Source of the DNA: Bugula neritina
Lineage: Eukaryota; Animalia; Bryozoa
Length of the DNA stretch: 64,000 bases
Assembly: GCA_964035545.1 (NCBI GenBank)
Contig: OZ037768.1
Coordinates: forward strand, 21,795,319-21,859,318
Direction of reading: 5' to 3'
The translations under genes and the position numbers were made by a program. Numbering within the stretch: position 1 is the stretch's first letter; each line of letters begins with the position of its first letter. Positions 37,834 through 49,400 of the stretch are shown here, one piece after another. A model generated the notes under the pieces. It was not told the DNA's origin, made no database searches, and saw only the letters and a program-made list of their open reading frames with translations.

Positions 37834-37921
37834 ATGCCCATACAGGCGTATGGCCTAGAACAGTCTATTTTCTTCGAGGCCATACGGCGTATGGGACCGT
37901 ATGGGTACCACTACATCCCTG
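37834..37921 (-). mobile_element. Orphan DNA-transposon terminus (CAGGGATGTAGTGG...) with subterminal ccatacg/cgtatgg repeats
   Basis: GC-richer 90-bp patch with repeated CCATACG..GTATGG palindromic motifs, ending abruptly at 37921 against an AT-rich tract. No partner end was found. Confidence 0.45.
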
Positions 37922-38862
37922 GTAATACTAATAGTAATAGTCTAATACTAATACTATTCACTATTACTATTACTATTAGTATTACAATTTGTCAAACTGA
38001 CACTGACAGTATCAGTATGAGATTGAGTATCACTATCAGTATGACTATAAGTATGACTATAAGTATTACTATTAGTAGTACTATTACTGTATTAGTATTA
38101 CTGTATTAATATTTATATTACTGTTGGTATGTTCAGTATGTGTACAATTCTGAATTAGTAATTACTATTGGTATTAGTAATTACATTTACTTTTAGTTTT
38201 ACTGAATTACTATTACTATTGTAGTAATTTGTGCAATTACTGAGCGTGAGTTATTTACTTGCGTATAGTTAGCTGGTTATTCTGCTATCAATTACTAGGG
38301 TAGCTGTCGAGTAATTATATTTATTATCCACAATAAAGCATAAAACAAACATCACATCAAATTATCCTATACAAGAGTCAACTACTAACACATGTTACTA
38401 CTACAAGCCTCCGCTTACAACAACGTGGTATAATGTTAATAACCCGGGAAGTGTCACGTGAATCGGAAGCATATCTTCCGGAGCTGCTAATTGGTTGCTA
38501 CATAAGGGTCTAAGTATTCCAAGAGTAGGGAGAGGGCGATTCCTGTATTTGTACTTGCACTACTCACTACACCGTCCCCCCCCAGCAGAAAGCCCTACTT
38601 TCTGATAACACAATAAAAAAACATAATGAAAAACCATACAATAATCCAAAAAGAAAAACATACATAAGTAAACCCACAAAGAGTAAGAAAAGAAATAGTT
38701 GAGCACGACAACGTTTACATTAGAAGACAACAGGGTGATCGATCACACACATCTAGTCAGCTATTAAGAGAGAGGGTGCTTACCAGCACGCGGGCCAATG
38801 TCGGAGCGCTCGTCACATTCCAAACGAGTATCGCTCAACGAAGGTGCCTACCCCAGGCATTC

Positions 38863-39915
38863 TCATTGGTTGGACTCTGATTCTTGTAGCGACCGTGCTC
38901 TGTGTCGAGCCTGTCGGGCCCGTAGCCGCCTCTTCAGTCGCCCCACTGAGTCCTTCAACTGGTATAGACCTGTCGTCGTATCCAGCAGGTCAGGGGCAAG
39001 TTGTGTGAACTCGGCTTGTAGTCTTATAAGCCGCTCTTCTACGTTAGCCAGCTGGCTAGGCCTTGGTGGGGTTGTAGTGGTCTCCGTTAGAGGGGATATT
39101 GTTGTTTCTTCTACTTCTGGGGTGTTGCTAGGGTTGACGGGGGTAGGAGGTGGGCCCTGAACCATAGGGGACTTATGGCGGGCAGATAGTAGCAGTACGT
39201 GAAACCCTGACGTTAGTGCGGCCAGGGTGATAGCCTTCCTGATGACTGGCTTGATGGCATCCAGGTATAGGGAGAAACTGTCTTCATCAGCAGTGTGGTT
39301 CTCTCCGGCGAAGCAGCTTAGCTTATGTACTGTCACGGGATACGGGTAGACGTCGTGGAACCCGCAGGGACAGAAGTGGAGTAGGAAATGGGCGTCTACA
39401 TGTAAACGCAGGGAGCGGTGTGACGGGCACTCCTCAAAGCAGACCTGGCAGGTTCGGTGTGGTCCACTGGGTCCCCAGGCTTCTTCAATTCTCCTCTCTG
39501 TCGTGGGTGACACCCAACGGTGTCGTCGGCGGAGCACTACGGGTATGCTATTCTCCATTACAGGCTCTTCTTCCATAGACAGAGAGGTTGGCTGGTCCCG
39601 TGACCGGGAGGTGGTCACTCGAGTGTGATCTGAAAGAGTAGCAGTGTTAAAGATTATACACTGAGGCACCGTCGGCGTGTACAGCCTGACCGGTACTCTG
39701 TTCAGTTACACTCGTGAGATTCAGGCTAATGAATAGTTGATGGAGAACACACTCGCTATGGCAGATTATTTAAAATCAAAGTCGACGTGTATTCCCACCA
39801 CTGTTTATCATTATCGAATCTCCAGCTAGCTAGTGTAGCTAAGCTGACTGATGCAGTCTAGTTATCGTACCAAAAACATAATTAACTCACCCTTCGATCC
39901 AGAATAGTAAGACAT
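38863..39915 (-). CDS. Spliced accessory ORF of the Gypsy element (263 aa; zinc-finger-like + coiled coil)
   Basis: Exon 39915-39891 (CAAAATG TCT..AAG G|gtgagt) joins exon 39629-38863 (tactctttcag|AT) in frame: MSYYSGSKDHTRV.. It contains CQVC..LRLHVDAH..CPCG..H, a P/T-rich linker and a C-terminal heptad helix. Confidence 0.75.
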
Positions 39916-39938
39916 TTTGGAATGAGAGTGGTAAATGA

Positions 39939-42248
39939 TTACTGTTTACTGGCACGTCTACTCTCGACTGCATCAACATAGGAAAAGACCGGACAGCGTG
40001 GTTGTGAAACGTGACTAGGGCTTTTTACTTCCAGCGGATGAATCTCGTGTGAGATTCCGCCGAGGCAAAAGTTGAGATTTTCGTGGTGATCACAACTCCC
40101 ACGGCTCTTTGCCTGTTTTCCCATGCGAGGCCTCTCTAGACTTTCGTTACTGCCGCTTATACCGCGGTCACGTACACAGTCTCTGAGACACGCTGGAAGT
40201 TGCCTAGTGTGTGGTCCTGGTCCTATGTTGGTATCTCCTTGCGGAGCCCCTCCCACGGGGGGTTTTTGCACTTCCGGACCTGTTTCTGGTTCCGGAAGTG
40301 GTGATGATGGCAGGCTTGACGTTGGGGGCGGTGGGCGCACTTTCAAGGACAGAAGTAGCCTTTCTCGCCTCGCCAAGTCTTCCTGACGTGTCATGGAGGT
40401 GTTTCCGGCCAGGTTGACAGTCTCCGCCTGCCGAGACCTTCTCGCACAATGCGTCTGCCGCCCCGCTTCACCAGGGAGACGGCTATGCTTGTTGGTCTGG
40501 CAGACTTTGCACCGTCTCACTCTGCGTCGGATATCCCGTTCCATGTTAGGCCAGTACCACCGGAGTTGTAGCTTGGTGACCACCCCTTGGACTCCTCCGT
40601 GAGTCTCCTCGTGGGTGTCTTGTATCAACTTCCGGCGGATGGCAACTGGGCAGACAACCCTCTTCCTGGCTGGCTGTCTGCTGTTGGCGGCCAAGGTCAT
40701 GGTTAGCAGACCATCTGGCCCGACCCGCAGAGAGCTCCAACGTTGACAGTACAGCCGTAACTCGGCGCATCCCTGTCGCCGTTGTGTACTACTGGGTCGT
40801 CGCCCTTCCTGTTTCGCTCGGTACACGTCGGCTACCACCCCAGGAAGGCATTCCTGGAGCTTCGGCAGCTCCCTAACGTTACCAGCCCATACAGGTTTGG
40901 CGCGGAGGCTCTGGGCAGCCTCCGGGGGCGTGTCAGTCCTCTGTTGGAGTAGCTGAGCAGGGGCGGTCCTCGCCGCCCGTGGTACCTCACGGCAGCCTGC
41001 TCTATTTAGGCGGGCTCCGTGGTCTGTGTGGCTGAACGCCTCACTGTACCCATGTGGCAACCTAGCCATAGCCTGGCGCTTCCCGTTGCCTGTGCAGCCA
41101 CGCGTCCCTGGAGGAGGGGAGGCGTGAGTTGGGACGGTCCTCCGCCCTCGAGACGGGCTCTGCTGAGGACCTTCCGTCGTAGCTCCCGACGACGGCCCAA
41201 TGGCTTCCTCCTGGACAGGATGGAAGCGACCCAGCATGGATCTGGGTGGTAGGTCTACTGTCTCTGAGAAGGGGTTGACACACTGCACTGAGATCTCTCC
41301 TTGTCCCGTAAGCCGGCTAAAGCTATGGGCAAGTTGGACTCTCGAGTGCGTACTTTCGACAACTCCCAACTTAGAGGTTTGGCCACCGTCTACCTTGCAG
41401 CGGACGGTAGCCCGGGAGTGGCCTGGTATAGTACAGCTCCGTACTACCTGCACTGCTCCCGCTAGAGGACGACCAAACTTATCGACACAAGCGAGCTCCT
41501 TGTCGCCCATGATCATCGCAGATTTACTGAAATCGATGCGACAACCGTGTCGTTGTAAGAATGGCATCCCGAGGATAGCATCCTCGTTGAGCTGCCCGAC
41601 GATAAACGTCTCTTGGATGGCCTGGTTACGGACGTAACCAGTTAGCTCAATAATGCCGTAGAAGGGAATGCATGACCCGTCTGCCAGGGTGCCATGATCC
41701 CCCTCATACGGTGCCAACCTGTCCTTGACCTTAGCGCTGAGGGTGTCAAAGAACTGACGGCTAAGGAGGTTGGTGGTGCAGCCTGAGTCCAGGAGGAAGT
41801 TGGCAGGCTTGCCGGCTAGCTTTCCTGGTAGGAAGTAGCTACTTCCGTGTGGCTGCAATTGTGTGTGCCGTGGTTGCACCTCCCTCGCTGTGGGTCGAGG
41901 GGTCCACGGTTGGCGGCGACTATTGACCAGCTGCCGAGGTTGGGGCGGTACGCCTTGCGGCGCCTGTACCGTTTCCCTCGCAGGCTCTGTGGTCAACCGT
42001 CTGCCGGTTCCGTGTTGGTGCCGGAGTGGCGTAGAGGACCCAGGTGGCGAGTGGCTGGAGCCTACTTGCCGCGGGGGTCGCCACTTCACAGCATCTCCGC
42101 GCGGCGCCCAGCGGGGCGACAGACGCGCGGGCCTCCCTGGGTGATTCACAGACGGCCCGCAGGAGGTGGGAACATCTGCGGGCCGTGGTAGTTTAACCCT
42201 TGTGGGAGCTGAGGGCAGTCTCTCTGGAAATGTCCTGGCCTTCCGCAT
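39939..42248 (-). CDS. pol: Internally deleted Pol: aspartic protease + integrase HHCC finger, no RT/RNase H/integrase core
   Basis: FLLDSGCT and AILGMPFL (protease); HEETHGG..WYWPNM..CKVC (HHCC). No YxDD, RNase H or DDE motifs in 769 uninterrupted codons. Confidence 0.85.
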   Translation of the reverse strand: MRKARTFPERLPSAPTRVKLPRPADVPTSCGPSVNHPGRPARLSPRWAPRGDAVKWRPPRQVGSSHSPPGSSTPLRHQHGTGRRLTTEPARETVQAPQGVPPQPRQLVNSRRQPWTPRPTAREVQPRHTQLQPHGSSYFLPGKLAGKPANFLLDSGCTTNLLSRQFFDTLSAKVKDRLAPYEGDHGTLADGSCIPFYGIIELTGYVRNQAIQETFIVGQLNEDAILGMPFLQRHGCRIDFSKSAMIMGDKELACVDKFGRPLAGAVQVVRSCTIPGHSRATVRCKVDGGQTSKLGVVESTHSRVQLAHSFSRLTGQGEISVQCVNPFSETVDLPPRSMLGRFHPVQEEAIGPSSGATTEGPQQSPSRGRRTVPTHASPPPGTRGCTGNGKRQAMARLPHGYSEAFSHTDHGARLNRAGCREVPRAARTAPAQLLQQRTDTPPEAAQSLRAKPVWAGNVRELPKLQECLPGVVADVYRAKQEGRRPSSTQRRQGCAELRLYCQRWSSLRVGPDGLLTMTLAANSRQPARKRVVCPVAIRRKLIQDTHEETHGGVQGVVTKLQLRWYWPNMERDIRRRVRRCKVCQTNKHSRLPGEAGRQTHCARRSRQAETVNLAGNTSMTRQEDLARRERLLLSLKVRPPPPTSSLPSSPLPEPETGPEVQKPPVGGAPQGDTNIGPGPHTRQLPACLRDCVRDRGISGSNESLERPRMGKQAKSRGSCDHHENLNFCLGGISHEIHPLEVKSPSHVSQPRCPVFSYVDAVESRRASKQ

Positions 42249-43096
42249 TCCCAGCAGAAGTGGTGCCCCATGCCTGGTGATTGTACCTGCGGCCCGCTAG
42301 GCTCACGGGCAGTATCTATCTGGCTTGGGGAAGCTAATGTGGTGACCAGTTTATCTAGCATGTCAGTCATCTGTGAGATTTTTGACGCTAGTGACATCTG
42401 GTTCACATTAGCCACCGCGGAGGGTTCCGCGTCTAATTCGGCGTGAGCAGTAGAGTGCTCCGTGGTCACCTGGCGGGAGGCCACGCAGTTGCGGTGCATA
42501 TGAGTCGCCAAGAGGTAGGCTTCTCCCACCGCAAGTGCATCTTCGACTGTGGTGACTCCCCTCGCTTGGAGTTGATGGTGGAGCCCCAAGTCGTTGATGG
42601 ACTGCACGAAGGCATCATAAGTATACCTCTCACGGTGTACCGGAGGCAGATCGCGGAATGCAATCTGCGCTAGTGGGTACACCGTGGCAGCGTGCTCTTC
42701 TAGTGACGTGTGAGGATCACGCCGCATCCTCTGTAGACGGGCCCGCGCATCTATGGGAGAGATGCCAAAACGGGCCCGCAGGGAAGCAAAGATTCCGTCT
42801 ATGTCAGGTCCCGCTCCGTACGGCTTAGCTTTGCCCGTCAGCGCCATCCTGAGCTTGAGCAACGCCACCCTTGGCGGCCACTCTGAAATCTCCATCACAT
42901 CTTGGAATTCTTGGATAAACTGCTCCACTGCTTCTTCGCCGGTGAAGGTGGGCGCCTTCAGCCGGTATCTATTTTCACCATGCTCTCTAAGAATTCTCAC
43001 TTCTTCATCTAACACCACTGGTTCCACAGGTATATCAACATTATCTCTCTCACCTTCATTCAGTGGAATGGGTAGCTCCGTGCCGTCTTCTGCCAT
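42146..43096 (-). CDS. gag: Gypsy Gag with CCHC zinc knuckle
   Basis: Intact ORF from ATG 43096: APTFTGEE..FIQEF, LTGKA and CWECGRPGHFQRDC. Confidence 0.92.
   Translation of the reverse strand: MAEDGTELPIPLNEGERDNVDIPVEPVVLDEEVRILREHGENRYRLKAPTFTGEEAVEQFIQEFQDVMEISEWPPRVALLKLRMALTGKAKPYGAGPDIDGIFASLRARFGISPIDARARLQRMRRDPHTSLEEHAATVYPLAQIAFRDLPPVHRERYTYDAFVQSINDLGLHHQLQARGVTTVEDALAVGEAYLLATHMHRNCVASRQVTTEHSTAHAELDAEPSAVANVNQMSLASKISQMTDMLDKLVTTLASPSQIDTAREPSGPQVQSPGMGHHFCWECGRPGHFQRDCPQLPQGLNYHGPQMFPPPAGRL
42152..42197 (-). promoter_or_regulatory. Programmed -1 ribosomal frameshift signal
   Basis: Slippery G-TTA-AAC (42197-42191) is followed after a short spacer by an 11-bp stem ACGGCCCGCAG/CTGCGGGCCGT. 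The pol ORF is in the -1 frame relative to gag. Confidence 0.8.
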
Positions 43097-43719
43097 GACT
43101 GCTATACGCAAGATCCCACCGCTGCCACCACTGTAGTAATTTGTGCAATTACTGAGCGTGAGTTATTTACTTGCGTATAGTTAGCTGGTTATTCTGCTAT
43201 CAATTACTAGGGTAGCTGTCGAGTAATTATATTTATTATCCACAATAAAGCATAAAACAAACATCACATCAAATTATCCTATACAAGAGTCAACTACTAA
43301 CACATGTTACTACTACAAGCCTCCGCTTACAACAACGTGGTATAATGTTAATAACCCGGGAAGTGTCACGTGAATCGGAAGCATATCTTCCGGAGCTGCT
43401 AATTGGTTGCTACATAAGGGTCTAAGTATTCCAAGAGTAGGGAGAGGGCGATTCCTGTATTTGTACTTGCACTACTCACTACACCATTACTATTACTATT
43501 AGTATTAGTATTGCATTTAGAATTAGTCATAAGTATGACTTTACAGTACTGTAAAGATAATATTATTAGTCATCTCTTTGTTTACTCGGGCTACCTCAGG
43601 CTTTGTGGTTGGGGAAGCTTAGTTTTCATGGCCTGCCTGCTGCTGGGCATTCTGCCATGCCTCTGCTATGCGTTGCATGTGTGGCATTTGAATAGGCTTA
43701 TTTCAATGAACTGAAAAAG

Positions 43720-46290
43720 ACTTGACAACATTAAGGTCGTCATTGAATTTTATAACAAAAAAGTATCCATCCGACAAAATCATTACTGCAGGTCACATGA
43801 ACATGCCGGAAATAGATTGGAACCAAATGTTACCAGGACACTGCACACCAGATTAATCGCTGCAACTAAATTTTCTGGATAATCTTGCAGAGGTGAACAT
43901 GCACCAGCTGATTGCTGGACCAACTCATATACATGGAAATACTCTAGATTTAAATTGCATCACATCCCCAAAAATAATCAGTCATAATGTTGTGTTTCGA
44001 GGGCTGAGCGATCATGCCATCATCTCAGTTGACATATTTGTTTTAGCTGACATCCATAATTCTGTGCTCAAGACACCATTCAAGCAATGCTACAAAGTAA
44101 ATATGAATAACTTCCATAAAGTACTACAAGAGATAAAGTGTAAACTAAAAACCATGGACGATGTGGAAGCACTGTGGATGATTTAAGGGTCTGCGACAAG
44201 CAATCAGTGACTTTGTTCCAATTGTTAAACGACAAAACAGGCTGAATGTAAATGAACCTGTATGGTTTAACAAGGAAGCAAGGAAACTGGCCTGCAAGCA
44301 AAGGAAGCTCTACAAATGGTACAAAAAGAGCAAAAATGCGTATGATAAGCAACTTGCTGCTTTACATCGCAGATCTGCAAAGAAAACCTTCAAGCAAATT
44401 AAAAAGCAATATGTCGAAACTCAGGTGTGCAGACCACTGCAAGAAGGCAACAGCAGGCCCTTCTACTGGCTTCTGAAGGGTACAAGTTCAAGGGGTCAAC
44501 TAAGGCTTGTTAGGGAAAATGGACAGCTCACCTCTCACCCTAAGTAATGCGCAGACATGCTCAACCATCATTTTCACAGGCAGTTCACTACAGGTCATCA
44601 ACTATTCATACATAGCTCTAGCACCCACACAGGAGTTTCTAATGTATCAGCCTCTGGGGTAACCAAACTGATTCAAAACTTGAAATACAGACAGGCTCCA
44701 GGATCAGATGGCCTCCGAAAAGCTGACCTCAGCATAGACTTAGAACAAACTACTGTTTGTCTCAGTTACATCTTTCAAGTTTCTCTTACAACTGGGAAAC
44801 TTTCATCAGAATGGAGGACTGCCAACATCTCACCTTTTCACAAGTCAGGGTCCGCAAACAATGTCAACAACTGTCGACCCATTTCACTGACAAGTATTCC
44901 TTGTAAGATGTTAGAGCATTTGGTATTGAAAAACCTGCTGGAAAAAATTGACACTAAGCTAAACAATAGGCAGCACGGGTTTAGAAAAGGCCTCTCTTGT
45001 AAAACACAAATCGGTGCATCTATGCACAATATACTCCATTTTACAGATACACACCAAACTGTTCATGCAGCTGTTTTGGGCTTCACTAAAGCATTTGATC
45101 GAGTGCCTCATGCCCTTCTAATGAAAAAGCTTTCAGAAATGGCAGATTTGGATGAATACACCCTACACTGGATAAGTAAATTCTTAAACCAGTCGTACAC
45201 AAAGAGTGGTAATACAAGGTCACACCTCGGATTCGTTACCAGTTACCTCAGGTGTGCCACAAGGACCGGTTTTAGGGCCAGTACTTTTCCTCATTTTTAT
45301 TAATGACCTATCTGACTGGGATGACTATTCATGTGCCTTGTTTGCTCATGACACTCTTGTCTACCAGGAGATAGCCTCATTTAGTGACTGCAGCAGGTTC
45401 CAACGAAATCTAGATTCTCTTGGTGCGTGGTCAGACAAGTGGGGTATGTCATTCAACATCACTAAAAGCAAAATAATAAGTTTCAACTCTGTAGGAGATA
45501 CTTCCAATTACACATTAAATGGGTCAGTGCTAGATCGTGTAGACTCTACAAAATACTTAGGTGTTACACTGCAATCAGATTGCAGGTTTAACAACCATAT
45601 ATCAAATAAAATGCTAAAGGCTAGAAAACAATTAGGTATGATTAAAATAGCGCTCTATTGGGCCCTCGAACGAGCTCGGTTGATTACATACAAAGCCTTG
45701 TGTCTACCACACCTAGAGTATGCTTTGGACCCAATCTGCAAGAAGGATATTTCTGGCTTAGAAAAGATACAAGTAGATGCAGTGCGGTTCATAGCCAATT
45801 TTAAAGGATGTGAAGATGTCGAAAGTGCCATGAAAAAACTTTGCCCACAACCCCTTGAACAAAGAAGAAGAAACAGGCGTATTAATCTCCTTATGAAAAT
45901 TTTAGCAAAAGAAGAACAACATCTGATTCTCAGCTCTGCCTATGATGACCTGCTAAACAAACCAACAAGCAGCACCATACAGACTCGCTCCCGAGCAAGG
46001 GGACGGCCCCGATCAGTGGGTGCTAACAGTACCAAGTACCTGAACAGTTTTCTCCCAAGGGCTATCCGGGACCTGAAAATTGTTCACAATCAAAGCAATA
46101 ATTCAGAGATCTCCACATAGATAGGATTAAGTTCCTGTTCAGTAAATCCAGCCCAACCAGTACTAACTGTATGACTATTGACCAATGACTGTCCAACACA
46201 TTACCCATATGCCACACACCCCTTCCTCTCTCTAGGGCGGTCCAGTGTGATGATCGACTTCGAGTAGGTTCGAGTAAGTTTGAGGATTGA
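43720..46290 (+). mobile_element. CR1-group LINE, 5'-truncated ORF2 (partial EN + RT), disabled
   Basis: GHMNMPEIDW, PTHIHGNTLDL, SDHAI, APGSDG, RPISLTS, QHGFRKG, KAFDRV, SGVPQGPVLGP, FAHD (YADD mutated), KYLGV and SFLPRAIRDL. Several frameshifts; short tandem tail ttcgagtagg. Confidence 0.92.
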
Positions 46291-46432
46291 ACAATTATAG
46301 TTCAAAATGAAACTTTGTAATTTTTTTTATATGCTGCTTAGCTGCTAAGTGCTATTAATTTGTCATTTTGTGAATTAACTTTTTACATTTGTTTTAGAAG
46401 GTCAAGTCAAATTAATATCACCACATATATGC

Positions 46433-49400
46433 ATGGATATTTTGCCTCAAGAAATTTGGTTGAAAGTTTTGAGCTATTTAGATGGGGAATCTTTGAAGTC
46501 TGTAGAATCAGCATGTTATATTTTCTCTAATTGGTTAAAGGATGAGCTTTTTTGGTTCAATAGATGTAAAGCAGGTAAATAAATTTAGATTGAATAGTGA
46601 TTACTAATCAATGTTGCATGGCATAGCAATATTGCATATGGAGTAATAATTGGTAACTTGTATATTATATATGCAGTGTAATCTTCAATGTTTTTTAAAC
46701 TTAATAATTGTCTATGGAATGCACCTACTCTTATTGTTGTGGTATTAGACTAAATATTTTTTCTTCTGTTAAGGGTTTTTGTTTGAAAAGCACCTTTAAC
46801 TTGTTATAACTAAGATAACTTTTAAAGTTGCAACTATCTGATAAAATTTGGCTGTCTTACTATCTTGCTATTTAGATTTCCTTCTAGTGAAATTATCTAG
46901 ATTAGTGAGTTGAGTACAGAACTATCTTTGCAACATGTCTTTTAAAAATGATCACTTTAGTCAAGAATGAATTCTTGAGAAGCTGTATCAGGTAATGACA
47001 ACTTATTTGTCTAAAGTACACAGCCTATGTTATGTGCGTGGTATTTTGTGTTTTTAGCACTTCAAGGAGTCTCTGCATATCCCAAACTTGAGTTGAAGCG
47101 GAACAAAACCAAAACACCTTGGAGAGACTTGTATATTAATTGTCAGTATATTTATTAACTTTTATACAAATTTACAAACGAAGTCAATTATTTAGACTTG
47201 TGTTGTTTAGTTATAAAGACTTTTAAATGAATTTGTCTTTCAGTAATTAGTCCATACAAGTACCTGCTGGGCTACTGGCAGAAGTTTACCTCCAGTGAGA
47301 GTGAGTACACGGGACAACTGCTCCGATTCTTTGTGAGTCGGTTTAGTGTTTTTTTATTATTTTTTTTCTGCTTCACATGCTATTGACATTACCATTTTTT
47401 ATTCTGCATTTTAATTGGTTTCTAAACTGGAATTAAACAATAAGAATCAATAGAAGTTTCATTAGTCATTTGAAAAGAAAGTAGTAACTTTTATATCATT
47501 TCTGTCAAGCAATTCAATTTATATAAAAAGCTGTGCTGAAGTTACTAATTTTAATTTCCAGAAGTGTATACTAATATTTTATTAGTAATAGAACGCTTTC
47601 AAAATATTAATAGTTGAAAGCAACTTATGCCGTGGTTCTGTAGATATTAGTAGATCTCGGGCTAATATATGGGCAGATCTCCCAGGCAAGTGAAGACGGT
47701 TATAAGTTTGAAACACGCATCAACATACACTCAGATGGGGAGTTTTCTTCTTATTCTTCTGTTGAACGATATCCTTTTGGCATAACAAAACATGAGCTGC
47801 TTAGTCTGCCAGTAGACACTGTCTGCGAACAACGACCTCTAGATGATCATAGTGAATACATGAAACATGTTTACAGTCAAGAAGTCATTGAGTTTGAAGG
47901 TCTAACTACTAATTCCAAGGTTAGTGGCCAAATCTTTGAATGATGTAGATGGCAAATATTTTACTTTTGCAGCTCTTTAAGAAATCAGTTCACAGTCTGA
48001 TCAAATTGACAACATCCAATAATAGTGTACAACTGTTGACTCGCTTTAGTTATTATACATATGTACTTTAAATTAATGCAAATTAACTCTCTGTAAGAAC
48101 CCCTGGTAGAAAAGGTTTTTTAGGCCAGCTAAACACTTGTTTCTACAGGAGCAATTATGACTGGGTGCCCTTCCTAGCATCACCATTGGCCTTTGTTGAA
48201 TCTGAAGCCATGAAATTGTAATTACTAAGCCAGTGATCTAGCCACTAGATAGCAGTAGCTCACTCACGTGAATCATGAGACAGTTATTGCGTTTAAGTGT
48301 TTTACTGTTACTCTAGCTGTCTAACACAATTAATTTTCTCAAGCCATTTTGCCAGCCTGCTTGTAAAAAACGCTTCTCATTAGGATTTTCTCATTAATTG
48401 AAAATTAATTTGAAATATAATATTGCAGGAGGAAGTAAGTAGGTGGGTAAAGTTCCGCCCATTCTCTCAGTTGGGTATTGATGGCGTGTATAAATCTATA
48501 TACGGACCTCACGGAGAAGAGCTGATCCTTCTTCATGGTGTGCCAAATGAAAGGAAACTCATTGGCACAAAAATATTAGTATGTAGACTTCAGTTTGATA
48601 AATGTCAGAGAATAGTTCAAACTTGAGTTTTTTTATTTCCAAGTCACTTTTATTTATAGGCAGCATCTGTCACTATGGGGAGACTAAGGCATATGTTTCT
48701 ATGTTGATGTGACCTTGACATTCTGTTCAAGCACCTGTTAACACTTGACAATACCTATAGTGTCAGAATCCTAGATTACAAATTGATATAAACTTTTGCT
48801 ACATGATACAACATGTCTTGTCAAGCTATAATAGACTTGAAATACCAATGTTTGTTGCTTTACTGCTTTCCAGATTGTGTATTCAAACTGAAATATTTAT
48901 TTCCAAGCATAGTGCTGGAATGACATATACAAGATGGCGCTAGTAGACAAGATAAAAAGGAGTTTGGGTCTTTGAGTTTCTTTAATTAGTAATTTTAAGT
49001 AATAGTGGCATTTTATTTTATCCTTGGACAAGAACATGATTTCACAAATATGACATATCATGATTTTAGGGAGACCGGAATGTTCCATTTGGAAAACACA
49101 GCTTCGTTATTGATCTTGACAGGCCGTTAGTTTTGAACTCATCTCAGCAAGATTCATGTGAAACGTAAGTAACTTGAATTTAATAAATACGAGTAGCATA
49201 ATTTTGTTAAGCACCAACTGATAATTTTGAAAAATATTAGTGGCAAATCTTAACAAAATAGTGGTTTTTAAGTACCATTTTTTTCGAATTAAAATAGTTA
49301 CCTAACAACACTTATAAGACTATTTACTGCAATATTTTACAAATTTAAATATCGAATCGCTTGATGTCTAATAAAATAGAACAAAAAATGTGCTCAATTT

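Larger units (their letters stand above)
38220..43483 (-). mobile_element. Non-autonomous Gypsy LTR retrotransposon, 5264 bp, apparently identical 352-bp LTRs
   Basis: LTRs 38220-38571 and 43132-43483 (TGTAGT...ACTACA). PBS TGGTGGCAGCGGTGGGAT (tRNA-Leu type) at 43113-43130 and PPT ggggggggacgg at 38572-38583. Flanks ctat/ccat form a 4-bp TSD with one mismatch. Confidence 0.95.

Noticed and set aside
38798-43136. Plus-strand ORFs inside the Gypsy element
   Set aside because: Antisense shadows of GC-rich coding sequence with no recognisable motifs.
46876-46991. Extra FBXO31-like exon
   Set aside because: It has AG/GT-like ends but a stop in the required frame; skipping it keeps the reading frame.
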